64,000 nt of DNA from Ruditapes philippinarum (lineage: Eukaryota): positions 496,001 through 560,000 of the forward strand of contig NW_026864815.1 of assembly GCF_026571515.1 (NCBI RefSeq), read 5' to 3'. The position numbers and the translations under genes are program-made. The notes beneath the pieces are model-generated. The model did not search any database. It saw only the letters and a program-made list of their open reading frames with translations, and had not been told where the DNA came from. The first letter of the stretch is position 1. Each line of letters starts with the position of its first letter. Positions 63,983 through 64,000 of the stretch are shown here, one piece after another.

Positions 63983-64000
63983 GTATAAATTTTATCATTT

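Overview
AT-rich, intron-rich animal genomic DNA; the repeat complement suggests a bivalve mollusc (inference). It holds four protein-coding loci. (1) The last two exons of an EGF-domain type I membrane protein (<3..1201, +). (2) A 5-exon MIF4G-domain gene of the CTIF/MIF4GD type with an N-terminal RG repeat (7531..13010, +), broken by many 1-2 nt insertions that look like consensus errors. (3) A two-exon 7TM receptor, probably cAMP-receptor/GPR157-like (~26449..27564, -), whose 3' end runs into a homopolymer-inflated block. (4) The first 24 coding exons of attractin (33922..>63982, +), which splice in frame by hand with GT-AG introns throughout. The rest is dense with non-autonomous elements, often nested: Helentron-associated (HINE/pearl-like) elements carrying satellite arrays, tRNA-derived SINEs, a LINE 3' fragment, and MITEs with Harbinger-, hAT-, piggyBac-, Kolobok-, Sola- and AcademH-like ends. 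The best leads are an unexplained ~400-nt GC-rich segment (20413..20814) that folds on the + strand with G-U pairs and ends in TTTT (candidate structured ncRNA), and a 59-bp intronic minisatellite that appears to derive from the neighbouring attractin exon. I found no CRISPR array or prokaryotic-type system.
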